From: Candidatus Brennerbacteria bacterium RIFOXYC1_FULL_41_11
GTDB taxonomy: Bacteria; Patescibacteriota; Minisyncoccia; UBA6257; Brennerbacteraceae
DNA length: 36,332 nucleotides
Assembly (NCBI GenBank): GCA_001817215.1
Contig: MHHX01000007.1
Span: 24,244-60,575 of the forward strand
Direction: 5' to 3'
The stretch's first letter is position 1. Every line of letters begins with the position of its first letter. The position numbers and the translations under genes are program-made. The notes beneath the pieces are model-generated. The model was not told the origin of the DNA, searched no databases, and worked only from the letters and a program-made list of their open reading frames with translations. Positions 9,447 through 17,007 of the stretch are shown here, one piece after another.

Positions 9447-10367
9447 ATGAAAGCATCATTTTTTATTGAAAAGATCGGCGTAGAGAGAATTGATCAGGCT
9501 TTCGCCGGATTAGAGAAACCATTGAAAGACATGTTTGACGGTGAGATGGGCGGCAACTTGGTGTCTAGCGTTATTGATAAATATGAGGCAGACTCATTCT
9601 TTTTACCGGATCTGATGCTGGTGATTGGGTTTTATGTTGCCTGCTTGATTAACAATCAGGAGATGGTTGATTATCTTGGTCTGATTGTGCCTGAAAAGTA
9701 TTTTCCTCAATTCATGCAAGAGCTAGAAGATAAACTCTGGTCTCCCTATGATGTTTACCTGAACAAGGCCGGTGTGGTTTACAAACAGTTGACAAAATTA
9801 ACACCGCAACCCGTAATCAGTAACGAGTTGTCAGTCGAGAAAGTTCCTCAGGGGCAAGCATTTGATAATTCAAAACAACCGGTTTCAGCGCTTTCAGTCG
9901 GAGTTCAGTCCGACAACGTTGTAGTCAACACGCCAAATTTGAGTGCCCCGACCCTCAAGGAAGTTGTGATCTCGGATCTTGCTTCGCCGAAAACAGAAAT
10001 TATTGGTGGTGTAGTGGCTCCGGCCGGACAAAAAACCATCCCACAACAAAGCAACGAATCACGTTTTGCCACCGGACAAAATTCTGGCACGGCAAGGGTG
10101 AAGTTCGATGCGCCTCGGGTCGGTCCGGAAATATTGAAGCCGACAGCATCAGAAATAAAACCTTCTTTCCAGGAGGTGAGGTTCAAAGAGCCGGAAAAAA
10201 GGCCAGAAGTCGGCGGGAATGTTTCTGCCACGGGTTCTGCCTGGCAAGGTCAAGAAGAGAAAAAAATTGAGATTCCGAAAGCTCAAGAGATCAAAAAAAC
10301 AGAGATTCAAGGAAGACAGGTAATTGACCTGACTAATTTTGGGCTATCTAAGCCGGATAGTGATTGA
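9447..10367 (+). CDS. Hypothetical protein, helical N-domain plus long Pro/Ser/Lys-rich disordered tail
   Basis: 306-aa ORF co-oriented with virB6-like gene. Ends in VIDLTNFGLSKPDSD. Confidence 0.7.
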   Translation: MKASFFIEKIGVERIDQAFAGLEKPLKDMFDGEMGGNLVSSVIDKYEADSFFLPDLMLVIGFYVACLINNQEMVDYLGLIVPEKYFPQFMQELEDKLWSPYDVYLNKAGVVYKQLTKLTPQPVISNELSVEKVPQGQAFDNSKQPVSALSVGVQSDNVVVNTPNLSAPTLKEVVISDLASPKTEIIGGVVAPAGQKTIPQQSNESRFATGQNSGTARVKFDAPRVGPEILKPTASEIKPSFQEVRFKEPEKRPEVGGNVSATGSAWQGQEEKKIEIPKAQEIKKTEIQGRQVIDLTNFGLSKPDSD

Positions 10368-10480
10368 AATCGTTATTGGTAAAGATTAAGCCATCTCTAA
10401 GCAAATCTCGCCATGCCGAAGCCAGAAATGGCGTAGGCTGGACTAATTTTGGCTTAAGCAAGCCAGACTCTGACGGATAA
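10331..10480 (+). repeat. Direct repeat of the gene 3' end, synonymously recoded (copies at 10331-10367 and 10441-10480)
   Basis: Identical 12-mer gactaattttgg at 10331 and 10441. The copies encode TNFGLSKPDSD* and TNFGLSKPDSDG* with different codons. Confidence 0.8.
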
Positions 10481-10505
10481 CTAGTTTTTACGAAATTACG
10501 AATCG

Positions 10506-10530
10506 AAAGCCGCTGGAAAGCGGTTTTTTT
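10506..10530 (+). terminator. Intrinsic terminator
   Basis: gccgct-ggaa-agcggt followed by a T tract. Confidence 0.7.
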
Positions 10531-10559
10531 ATTGGATTGACTCTTTTGTGAACTATCTT

Positions 10560-10853
10560 TTATTTGGCAATTTCAAATTTTTTGTTGAGGGTTGTTTCTA
10601 GAATCTCAAGCGTAGCCAAAACAGACGGATTATTTGTTTTTCTTAGAATCAAGTTCTCTTTGAATTTTTTTAACAAGGGCGTCAAAAACTCGTCTCCCCA
10701 AGACGGAGAAAAACTCAAAACATCTTTAAAATCGAGCTCGATCATCTCTGTTTTTTTAATATCTTGCAGAAGCGACTGGCAAGCCAGGAAAGCTTCTTTG
10801 CCCGTTTGTCGGGAGATCAATGTTGTGCCGAATTTTTTCAGTTCAATCACCAT
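10560..10853 (-). CDS. STAS-like small protein (DUF4325-like)
   Basis: FGTTLISRQTGKEA..IELDFKDVLSFSPSWGDEF pattern. Overlaps the 3' end of the upstream ATPase gene. Confidence 0.7.
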   Translation of the reverse strand: MVIELKKFGTTLISRQTGKEAFLACQSLLQDIKKTEMIELDFKDVLSFSPSWGDEFLTPLLKKFKENLILRKTNNPSVLATLEILETTLNKKFEIAK

Positions 10854-11572
10854 GTAATTAAAGCTAAACAGCCGTTAATGCTTTCCATAACATCTTCAAT
10901 TATAAGGTTGTGGTTGCCGTTGTTTAATTTTAATTTTGCGTTTCCTGTTTCGAAAACCAGATTTATCGGATATTTTACGATGACGTGTCTGACATATTTT
11001 AAGCCGTTGCCTCTTGACTCGGGTGAGCGGCCGGAGATGATTTCTGTGAAAGCGGTTTTCAAGGCTTCGAGATGGTTTTTCAACGCTGGCCTTACTCTTT
11101 TGAGAGTCTGTAAAATTCCTAAACCACGATCCGCTAAAACAATCTGTTTTTTGTTTAGATCGTAGCCGAAGAAAATTCCCGGAATGTCCGGCCATTGTCC
11201 GAGGTTGTGGTCAAAAGAGTTGTTGCCGATCTCTCCAGCAATAGAAGTGAGCAAAGAAAACAAATCCTTGGCATTTTTATCTTTTTGCAACAGTGTTTCC
11301 ATTTTGACAAGACGAGTCTGAAAAATTGCGCTGTTTTGGCAATAAAATTTATCAGGAATTTTTTCCCGAGTCACCGCCCATTTTTTTGCGATTTTGAACA
11401 AACTGCTCGAATTTTTTTCTATCTCTTGAACATCTTTTTTCAAAATAACAAAATTCCGGCCCATTTTTTGAGCCTTGACCTCTCCTTTCTTGATTTTATT
11501 GAAGACAGCGATTCTTGAGACGCCGAGGAGCTTGGCGAACTCTGCTGTTGTGTAAAAATCTTTTTCTGGCAC
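10847..11572 (-). CDS. Excisionase-type HTH fused to a histidine-kinase-like (GHKL) ATPase domain
   Basis: YTTAEFAKLLGVSRIAVFNKIKKG (HTH_17-like), EIGNNSFDH (N-box), LADRGLGI (G1), RGNGLKYV (G2). Confidence 0.8.
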   Translation of the reverse strand: MPEKDFYTTAEFAKLLGVSRIAVFNKIKKGEVKAQKMGRNFVILKKDVQEIEKNSSSLFKIAKKWAVTREKIPDKFYCQNSAIFQTRLVKMETLLQKDKNAKDLFSLLTSIAGEIGNNSFDHNLGQWPDIPGIFFGYDLNKKQIVLADRGLGILQTLKRVRPALKNHLEALKTAFTEIISGRSPESRGNGLKYVRHVIVKYPINLVFETGNAKLKLNNGNHNLIIEDVMESINGCLALITW

Positions 11573-11597
11573 AGTGTTCTGTTAATGTGAGCATCTG

Positions 11598-11627
11598 ATC
11601 TTAACATACGTTAATGACTATTGTCAA
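11598..11627 (-). promoter_or_regulatory. Sigma70 promoter for the HTH-ATPase/STAS pair with overlapping palindrome
   Basis: Minus strand TTGACA-18-TAAGAT with extended TG. Palindrome TTAAC-atac-GTTAA at 11601-11614. Confidence 0.55.
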
Positions 11628-11730
11628 TGGTTAACAGTTATTTGATTGTGTGAGGGTGAACAATGCGTTGTATGTTTTAAGCACGGATGCTGTTTTTTGT
11701 TCGTGTATAAGCTAAAATAGGTATAAAACC

Positions 11731-11759
11731 TTGATTTTTTAGTGTTTTCGTGCTATAAT
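11731..11759 (+). promoter_or_regulatory. Sigma70 promoter for the 11861/12848 pair
   Basis: TTGATT-17-TATAAT with extended TG. GGAGG RBS at 11851. Confidence 0.6.
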
Positions 11760-11860
11760 ATAGGTACAGTCAAGATAGGCTGTTTTGGGGTGATTAAATC
11801 CCCATAACGTACATAAAAAAATTAAGATTTTCCTCAAAAAATCTAAGACTGGAGGCTAAA

Positions 11861-12841
11861 ATGAGTCGCAAATGGAAATGGATTGTTGGCGGAGTGGTTG
11901 CCGTAATTATTGTCGGGATTGGGATTTTTGCGGGGCTTATGCTCCCGAGATTCTACAATCCTGAAAAACCACTGCTTGCGGCTCAATCAACGCCGCAGGC
12001 TGAATCAACTCCGACTCACGCCCTGGTGTTTCCTGGTGGCGGATCGGGATTTGGGAATTCAGAAACATCTGAGAATGGACCGGCGGCATTCGTTGTCGCC
12101 ACACCAGAGCCAAGTGCGAGCAAAGATAATCAAAGCCAAAATGAGGAGGATGACAACTTTGGTTTTGTTAAACCAAAGTTTGAGTTGTCGGACTTAGGGT
12201 GGATGCTCGCCGCAGGATTCTGGTTGATCATCTGGAGAGGACTCGCATGGCTTTCGTGGTCCTGGATCTTTAACGCATTGTCAAAATTCTTTCGCAATGT
12301 CCACCTTGATAGATTGGCGGAAGCACTTGATGCACCATGGCAAATGGTCGTATCCATGACAGCGCGCGATACTCCTGGTCCTCATGTCAATGCCGGGGTA
12401 ATCGTGATTGAGGTGACCCATCTGTTGCTGACGTTTTTTGTCGGCAACCCGTTCGTGTGGGTTATCCTGATTCCAGTAGGAGTGGCTCTTGTGTTGAAAG
12501 GCTTGTCCATTGCGGCCTTAGCGCTTGGCGTTCCTATTGTCAGCGTGTTGGCTTTTCTATGGGATAAAGCTCTTCCGTGGCTGTTTCATATTGTCGGCCC
12601 TCGCTTGAAAGGCGTTGAAAAACGGTTGAGCGGGGAAAAGGACAAGAAACCAACTGATCTTGAATCGGCGGAGGCGAATCTAAGGTTGGCAGAGATTGAG
12701 GCTAGGACTATCTTGCTTCAAGACGCCATCGCTGAACGCGAAGCCGCAGTCTTACAAGGCCGGCCGATTGCTTCGTGGGCGCTTCAGGTATTGCGTCCTC
12801 TAAAACAGAAACCCCAACCACAACAACGGCAACGGCCGTAG
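11861..12841 (+). CDS. Hypothetical membrane protein
   Basis: N-terminal TM, S/T/P/Q-rich linker, several more hydrophobic segments, C-terminal coiled coil. Good RBS. Confidence 0.75.
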   Translation: MSRKWKWIVGGVVAVIIVGIGIFAGLMLPRFYNPEKPLLAAQSTPQAESTPTHALVFPGGGSGFGNSETSENGPAAFVVATPEPSASKDNQSQNEEDDNFGFVKPKFELSDLGWMLAAGFWLIIWRGLAWLSWSWIFNALSKFFRNVHLDRLAEALDAPWQMVVSMTARDTPGPHVNAGVIVIEVTHLLLTFFVGNPFVWVILIPVGVALVLKGLSIAALALGVPIVSVLAFLWDKALPWLFHIVGPRLKGVEKRLSGEKDKKPTDLESAEANLRLAEIEARTILLQDAIAEREAAVLQGRPIASWALQVLRPLKQKPQPQQRQRP

Positions 12842-12847
12842 GAGTTA

Positions 12848-13543
12848 ATGATAATGAACACTATCCTGAAAACCTTGTTCTCGAATCTCGAGCCGACGAT
12901 CATTATTCTCGGCGTGGTCTTTGCGGGTCTGTGGATTGTGATGCGTGATCCGATTGGCCGCCTTCTTGATCGTATGGGTGGCAATGGCGCTAAAGCTGGA
13001 AGTGCGCTTTGGCCGATTGGTATCACGATTGCTTCGATTGTTGTCGCTATGATCGTGGCGATGCCCGAGACTTTCAAGGAGCTCGTGGCGCCGTCAATTC
13101 GAGTTGCCAATGTCGAAGCGGCTGGGTTTGAGGCATCACAGACCACGTCGGAAGTTTTCACTGCTCGTAAAGAGCGTGACGTAGCTGCCTTTAAGGCAGA
13201 GGCTGCCAAAGATAATGCTCGTGCCAGGGCTTTTGATGGCACGATCGCGGATCCTGCGCAGGCTCTTGAGCCGGCCGCGCAAGTGGCTGTCCGCGAGTGG
13301 AATGACGCTACCGATCCGAATGCCACGCCTCAATCAATGACGACCGAGAAGACCACGACGGTCATTGAGTATGATCGCGAGTGGAATTCTTCGACTAACT
13401 CGTATGAGCTGGTCGAGAAAGGCCAGACCGTGACCAAGACAGAGACCGAAAGGAAGGTCTCTCCGGGGCTGATGACCGGCCTGATCCTCGGTCTGGTCGT
13501 TGCCTTGATCGCGATCTTTGGATCGCGAGGGGGAAAGTCTTAA
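12848..13543 (+). CDS. Hypothetical membrane protein (2 N-terminal TM, C-terminal anchor)
   Basis: Two N-terminal hydrophobic helices, Ala-rich then Thr-rich ectodomain, C-terminal TM plus basic tail. GGAG upstream. Confidence 0.75.
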   Translation: MIMNTILKTLFSNLEPTIIILGVVFAGLWIVMRDPIGRLLDRMGGNGAKAGSALWPIGITIASIVVAMIVAMPETFKELVAPSIRVANVEAAGFEASQTTSEVFTARKERDVAAFKAEAAKDNARARAFDGTIADPAQALEPAAQVAVREWNDATDPNATPQSMTTEKTTTVIEYDREWNSSTNSYELVEKGQTVTKTETERKVSPGLMTGLILGLVVALIAIFGSRGGKS

Positions 13544-13560
13544 CAATCAAATAAAACAGA

Positions 13561-13596
13561 AACGCGCGACAAAGTCGCGCGTTTTCTTGTTTTTTT
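13561..13596 (+). terminator. Intrinsic terminator
   Basis: aacgcgcgac-aaa-gtcgcgcgtt followed by a T-rich tract. Confidence 0.85.
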
Positions 13597-13635
13597 GTTG
13601 TGTTATAATTTACCTATCTTTATTATTTTAATTTT

Positions 13636-15513
13636 ATGAGCAAGCAGCCATTATTAAAACCTAAGCCGCAACTTAATAATTTTGATATCGACGAGATCGT
13701 GCTTCAGGATTGTCTTGATAAACACAATCCAAAGCTCGGGAAAACATTGGGTTTGGTTTTGGATCAAAAGGCTCGTACGGCAAAAAAACTCTGGCTCTTT
13801 CCTAACGGTAAAAAGTTCATCGTGGCCGGATCAAAAGCCCTGGGCATGGATGCTGGCGAACTGACAATGGATGACCTTGAGATGTTTGCGTCAGAAAATG
13901 TTATTGGCAATGTTAGGGAAACTTACAAAAAAATCGACAATTTTCAAAAGAGATTTTCCGGCGCTGACGGGAAGCAGTTGTTAAGGAGAATGCTTGACGC
14001 TGTCTATGACAGGAGTTTTTCCGAGGCGATTGATCTAAAAAAACTGATTGATACTGGTCAGTTTTCAGAGGATTCTTTGCTGGCATTTTTGACTGATTTT
14101 GATAATGCGGCTTATTTTGCAGTCAATCAGCCAGAAGTGCTTGACCAGATTATCAAGTCTATTGATAGCGCAGAGGCTCTTGAAATTCAAAGACAAGAAA
14201 AGCTCGTTGGGCTTAGGGAGGCTGATGATCAACACGAAGAGTCTTTGGCGTGGCTTGAAAAAGAGCGTCTGTCCAAGATTGCAGATAAGCAGCTTGAGAA
14301 AAACAGCTCGCGTGATAGTTTTGAACGTAAAAAGTTGGAAACGGAAAAAAAGATTGGGGAGGCTGATTTAGAAGGCAAGAAACAAAAAAAGATCAAAGAT
14401 GTGAGTGATAATTTTGATGTGGCAACGGAGGTTGTCCGTCAGACAAACTATAAAGTTCTTGAGGGATTAGAACTGGAAATTGAAGGGTTGGGTGAGGTTG
14501 AATCCCTACCAGAGTTAATTAAGGCCGGTGGCCAGTTTGTCGGTTCTGCTGGTCGGGCGGCTCTTAACTGGTTTGAGAGTAGATTTTCTCCGACAGTGGA
14601 TGTGTCTGTGGCCAGCCTTCCGGTTGATCCATTGAACCCTGGCGTGCCAGATAATTTTCATGATCTGAAAAATGTTCTTCAATTACAGAGGCAGGATTGG
14701 AAAAATCTTTGGAAACAGACGATCATCAAGGGGAAAATAGTGGTGGTTAAGATGAAAGCGGAAAAAGAAATTTCGTCTTTGCAGCTTGAGAAAGGAGATG
14801 CGGTTGCGGATATTAAACATCGTTATGAAGACATCGTTTCTGATTTGGAAGAGAGTCTGCGTCAAGCAGAAAGACAGCAAGGCGTGGCTGAAAAGCAGAT
14901 TGATCAAGAGATAAAAGAATTAGAAGAGGAATTTGTAACTAGAAAAAAGATTATTGAAAAAGATTTCGCTGGGCACGAGAAAGCAGAAAAGCGGAAAACA
15001 AGTGCAGATGATTATAGCGCAAAACTAAAGTTTGCTTCTGCTCTTGTAACTATTAAGAAGATGGCTGGCGCTGAGGCGATTGTTTCTGGCCGCGGTCTGG
15101 AGTCAAGGGTTCGCGTGGATAGTTTTTCCGAAACCAAAGAAAAGGTAAAAAAATGGGAAGCGAGCGTTTTTGAGTCAGAAGAAGGCCCTTCTCTCCCGTT
15201 AGCATTAAGAAATATCAATAGACTTTGGAACGAGTTTAAAAAGTTCATAGAGGGTTGGGAAGAGACTGGGTCCGACGAAGTGAAACGAGCCAGGAATCTG
15301 ATGATGACGATGAAAGTTACAAGAACAATAGATGATACGAAGAGTTGGTCGTTGATTAAACGGGCTTTTGTCGAGAACCTATCGGAGAAGATTGTGGCCG
15401 AGGCCACAGGGTCAATTTCTGGGCACGGGTGGTCTGCTATTGCTAAAGCGTCAATGATTGAAAGGGTGAAGGCGAGGATTACCCAAAGTCCAGAATTTAA
15501 GAAATTAAATTGA
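13636..15513 (+). CDS. Large soluble coiled-coil hypothetical protein
   Basis: 625 aa, two long E/K-rich helical stretches flanking a short Gly/Ala/Pro segment, no signal peptide. Own TGtTATAAT promoter element near 13601. Confidence 0.75.
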   Translation: MSKQPLLKPKPQLNNFDIDEIVLQDCLDKHNPKLGKTLGLVLDQKARTAKKLWLFPNGKKFIVAGSKALGMDAGELTMDDLEMFASENVIGNVRETYKKIDNFQKRFSGADGKQLLRRMLDAVYDRSFSEAIDLKKLIDTGQFSEDSLLAFLTDFDNAAYFAVNQPEVLDQIIKSIDSAEALEIQRQEKLVGLREADDQHEESLAWLEKERLSKIADKQLEKNSSRDSFERKKLETEKKIGEADLEGKKQKKIKDVSDNFDVATEVVRQTNYKVLEGLELEIEGLGEVESLPELIKAGGQFVGSAGRAALNWFESRFSPTVDVSVASLPVDPLNPGVPDNFHDLKNVLQLQRQDWKNLWKQTIIKGKIVVVKMKAEKEISSLQLEKGDAVADIKHRYEDIVSDLEESLRQAERQQGVAEKQIDQEIKELEEEFVTRKKIIEKDFAGHEKAEKRKTSADDYSAKLKFASALVTIKKMAGAEAIVSGRGLESRVRVDSFSETKEKVKKWEASVFESEEGPSLPLALRNINRLWNEFKKFIEGWEETGSDEVKRARNLMMTMKVTRTIDDTKSWSLIKRAFVENLSEKIVAEATGSISGHGWSAIAKASMIERVKARITQSPEFKKLN

Positions 15514-15517
15514 AGCC

Positions 15518-15781
15518 ATGAATCAACAAAACGATAAAGAGGAGATTCTTAACCATTTGTTTAAATTGATCGAGAGCGGTGATCAAAAACAGATGGAAGA
15601 TTTTATTGTCGCTAATTTTAATGATTTACCAGAGGATCTGAAGAGAGATATTGTTCTCTCCTCTCTTAATCAGCAGATCGGAGGTTATCTTGAAAATAAG
15701 AAGCGGGAGGCTGAGGCAAGGGAAAATGCTTTGCTTGGTTTGGCAGATGCGCTAGAAGAGCTTGGATATGGAAATGAGTAA
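15518..15781 (+). CDS. Small acidic helical hypothetical protein
   Basis: 87-aa ORF 4 nt after the coiled-coil gene and followed by a terminator. Confidence 0.7.
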   Translation: MNQQNDKEEILNHLFKLIESGDQKQMEDFIVANFNDLPEDLKRDIVLSSLNQQIGGYLENKKREAEARENALLGLADALEELGYGNE

Positions 15782-15789
15782 TAGATTGG

Positions 15790-15836
15790 CAACACAAATC
15801 CCGGCCACAAAAGCCGGGATTTGTGTTGTATTTTTT
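15790..15836 (+). terminator. Intrinsic terminator
   Basis: caacacaaatcccggc-cacaaaa-gccgggatttgtgttg followed by tatttttt. Confidence 0.85.
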
Positions 15837-15880
15837 CCTTTATGCTAAAATAAAATAGTTTTAAATTTATCAAAAGATAG

Positions 15881-16324
15881 ATGCAGTTTGAGTTGCCGCG
15901 TTACATCGAAGAAGAGGCCAAGATTTTGGGGCCGCTAAATGTCAAACAGTTCATGTTGATGTTCGCCGGCGTAATTACCTGCGCTCTGTTCTTTTTCTTT
16001 TTTAAAACCTGGTTGGCCGTGATCTTGAGCTTTGTCTTGATGGGCTCAGCCGTGTTTTTGATGTTCGGCAAGATCCAGGGCCGAGAAGCCTATACCGTGG
16101 TTTTCGCGGCGGTTAAATATGTTTGGCAGCCAAAGTCTTTCGTTTGGAAAAAAGAGGGTTTTGCAATTGAGAATGTCTATTATGAAAAAGAGAGGAAGGT
16201 AGAGCAAAAGCAAGCTGCTCCCGTGGTTAGAGAAGCCAAGATCATGTCCCTGGAAGAAATACGGGATCTGGCGAAAAAATTGGACGAAACCGATCAAGCA
16301 ATAAGCGAAGAAGAACTTGAGTAA
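15881..16324 (+). CDS. PrgI family (VirB3-like) T4SS protein
   Basis: MQFELPRYIEEEAKILGPLNVKQF followed by two TM helices and KIQGR..Y...PKSFVWKK, the PrgI pattern. Confidence 0.85.
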   Translation: MQFELPRYIEEEAKILGPLNVKQFMLMFAGVITCALFFFFFKTWLAVILSFVLMGSAVFLMFGKIQGREAYTVVFAAVKYVWQPKSFVWKKEGFAIENVYYEKERKVEQKQAAPVVREAKIMSLEEIRDLAKKLDETDQAISEEELE

Positions 16325-16349
16325 TTAATTCTTTTAAGACAAAGAGAAA

Positions 16350-16994
16350 ATGCCCGAACAAGGTTCATCACAAGCAATAATCTCGGTTGACACTATCCGC
16401 GACGGTGTTGTGATTTTGAAAAACGGCGGTTTGCGCGCAGTCATTGAAGCCGAAGGTATTAATTTTGAACTGAAATCGCAAGAAGAGCAGCAAGCTTTGG
16501 TTTCGGCCTTCCAGGAGTTTTTGGTTGGGTTGGATTTTTCTCTGCAGTTAATGGTCTATTCTCGGAGGATCAATATCGACAGTTATGTTAAAAAAATCAG
16601 AGTCCTTGAAATTAACGAGACTAACGAATTGATTAAGAACAATATTGTTGATTATGCTAATTTTTTGAACATGTTTTTGGAAGAATATCGAGTGATGATA
16701 AAAAAGTTTTATGTGGTTGTCTCCTATGCGCCGTCGGCCTTCAAGTCTTCCGCTATTTCCGGTCTTTGGAGCGGTCAGTCGCAGTCCCAGCAGACAGTTT
16801 CTCAGGGAGAAGAGTTTCAGAGAAACAAGTCTCAGTTGCAGACACAGGTTAATTCCTTGATGGACAACATGTCCAGAATGGGCATTCAGCCAAAGCTTTT
16901 GACGACCGAGGTTTTGGTTGACCTTTTTTACAATCTTTACAATCCGATGGAAAAAGAGGAAAAGCGTTATGAAAACACTTTTAACCTGAAATAA
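16350..16994 (+). CDS. TraC/VirB4 N-terminal-like companion protein
   Basis: IRDGVVILKNGGLRAVIEAEGINFELKSQEEQQA..FLVGLDFSLQ..KKFYVVV. Lies between PrgI and VirB4. Confidence 0.7.
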   Translation: MPEQGSSQAIISVDTIRDGVVILKNGGLRAVIEAEGINFELKSQEEQQALVSAFQEFLVGLDFSLQLMVYSRRINIDSYVKKIRVLEINETNELIKNNIVDYANFLNMFLEEYRVMIKKFYVVVSYAPSAFKSSAISGLWSGQSQSQQTVSQGEEFQRNKSQLQTQVNSLMDNMSRMGIQPKLLTTEVLVDLFYNLYNPMEKEEKRYENTFNLK

Positions 16995-17007
16995 TTAAAG
17001 TATTTTA

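Noticed and set aside
10564-11518. Plus-strand ORFs (10564, 10764, 11195)
   Set aside because: Antisense shadows of the STAS-like and HTH-ATPase genes, which carry clear motifs.
12784-13326. 180-aa minus-strand ORF
   Set aside because: Antisense to a GC-rich gene that has an RBS and terminator. Stop-codon scarcity explains it.
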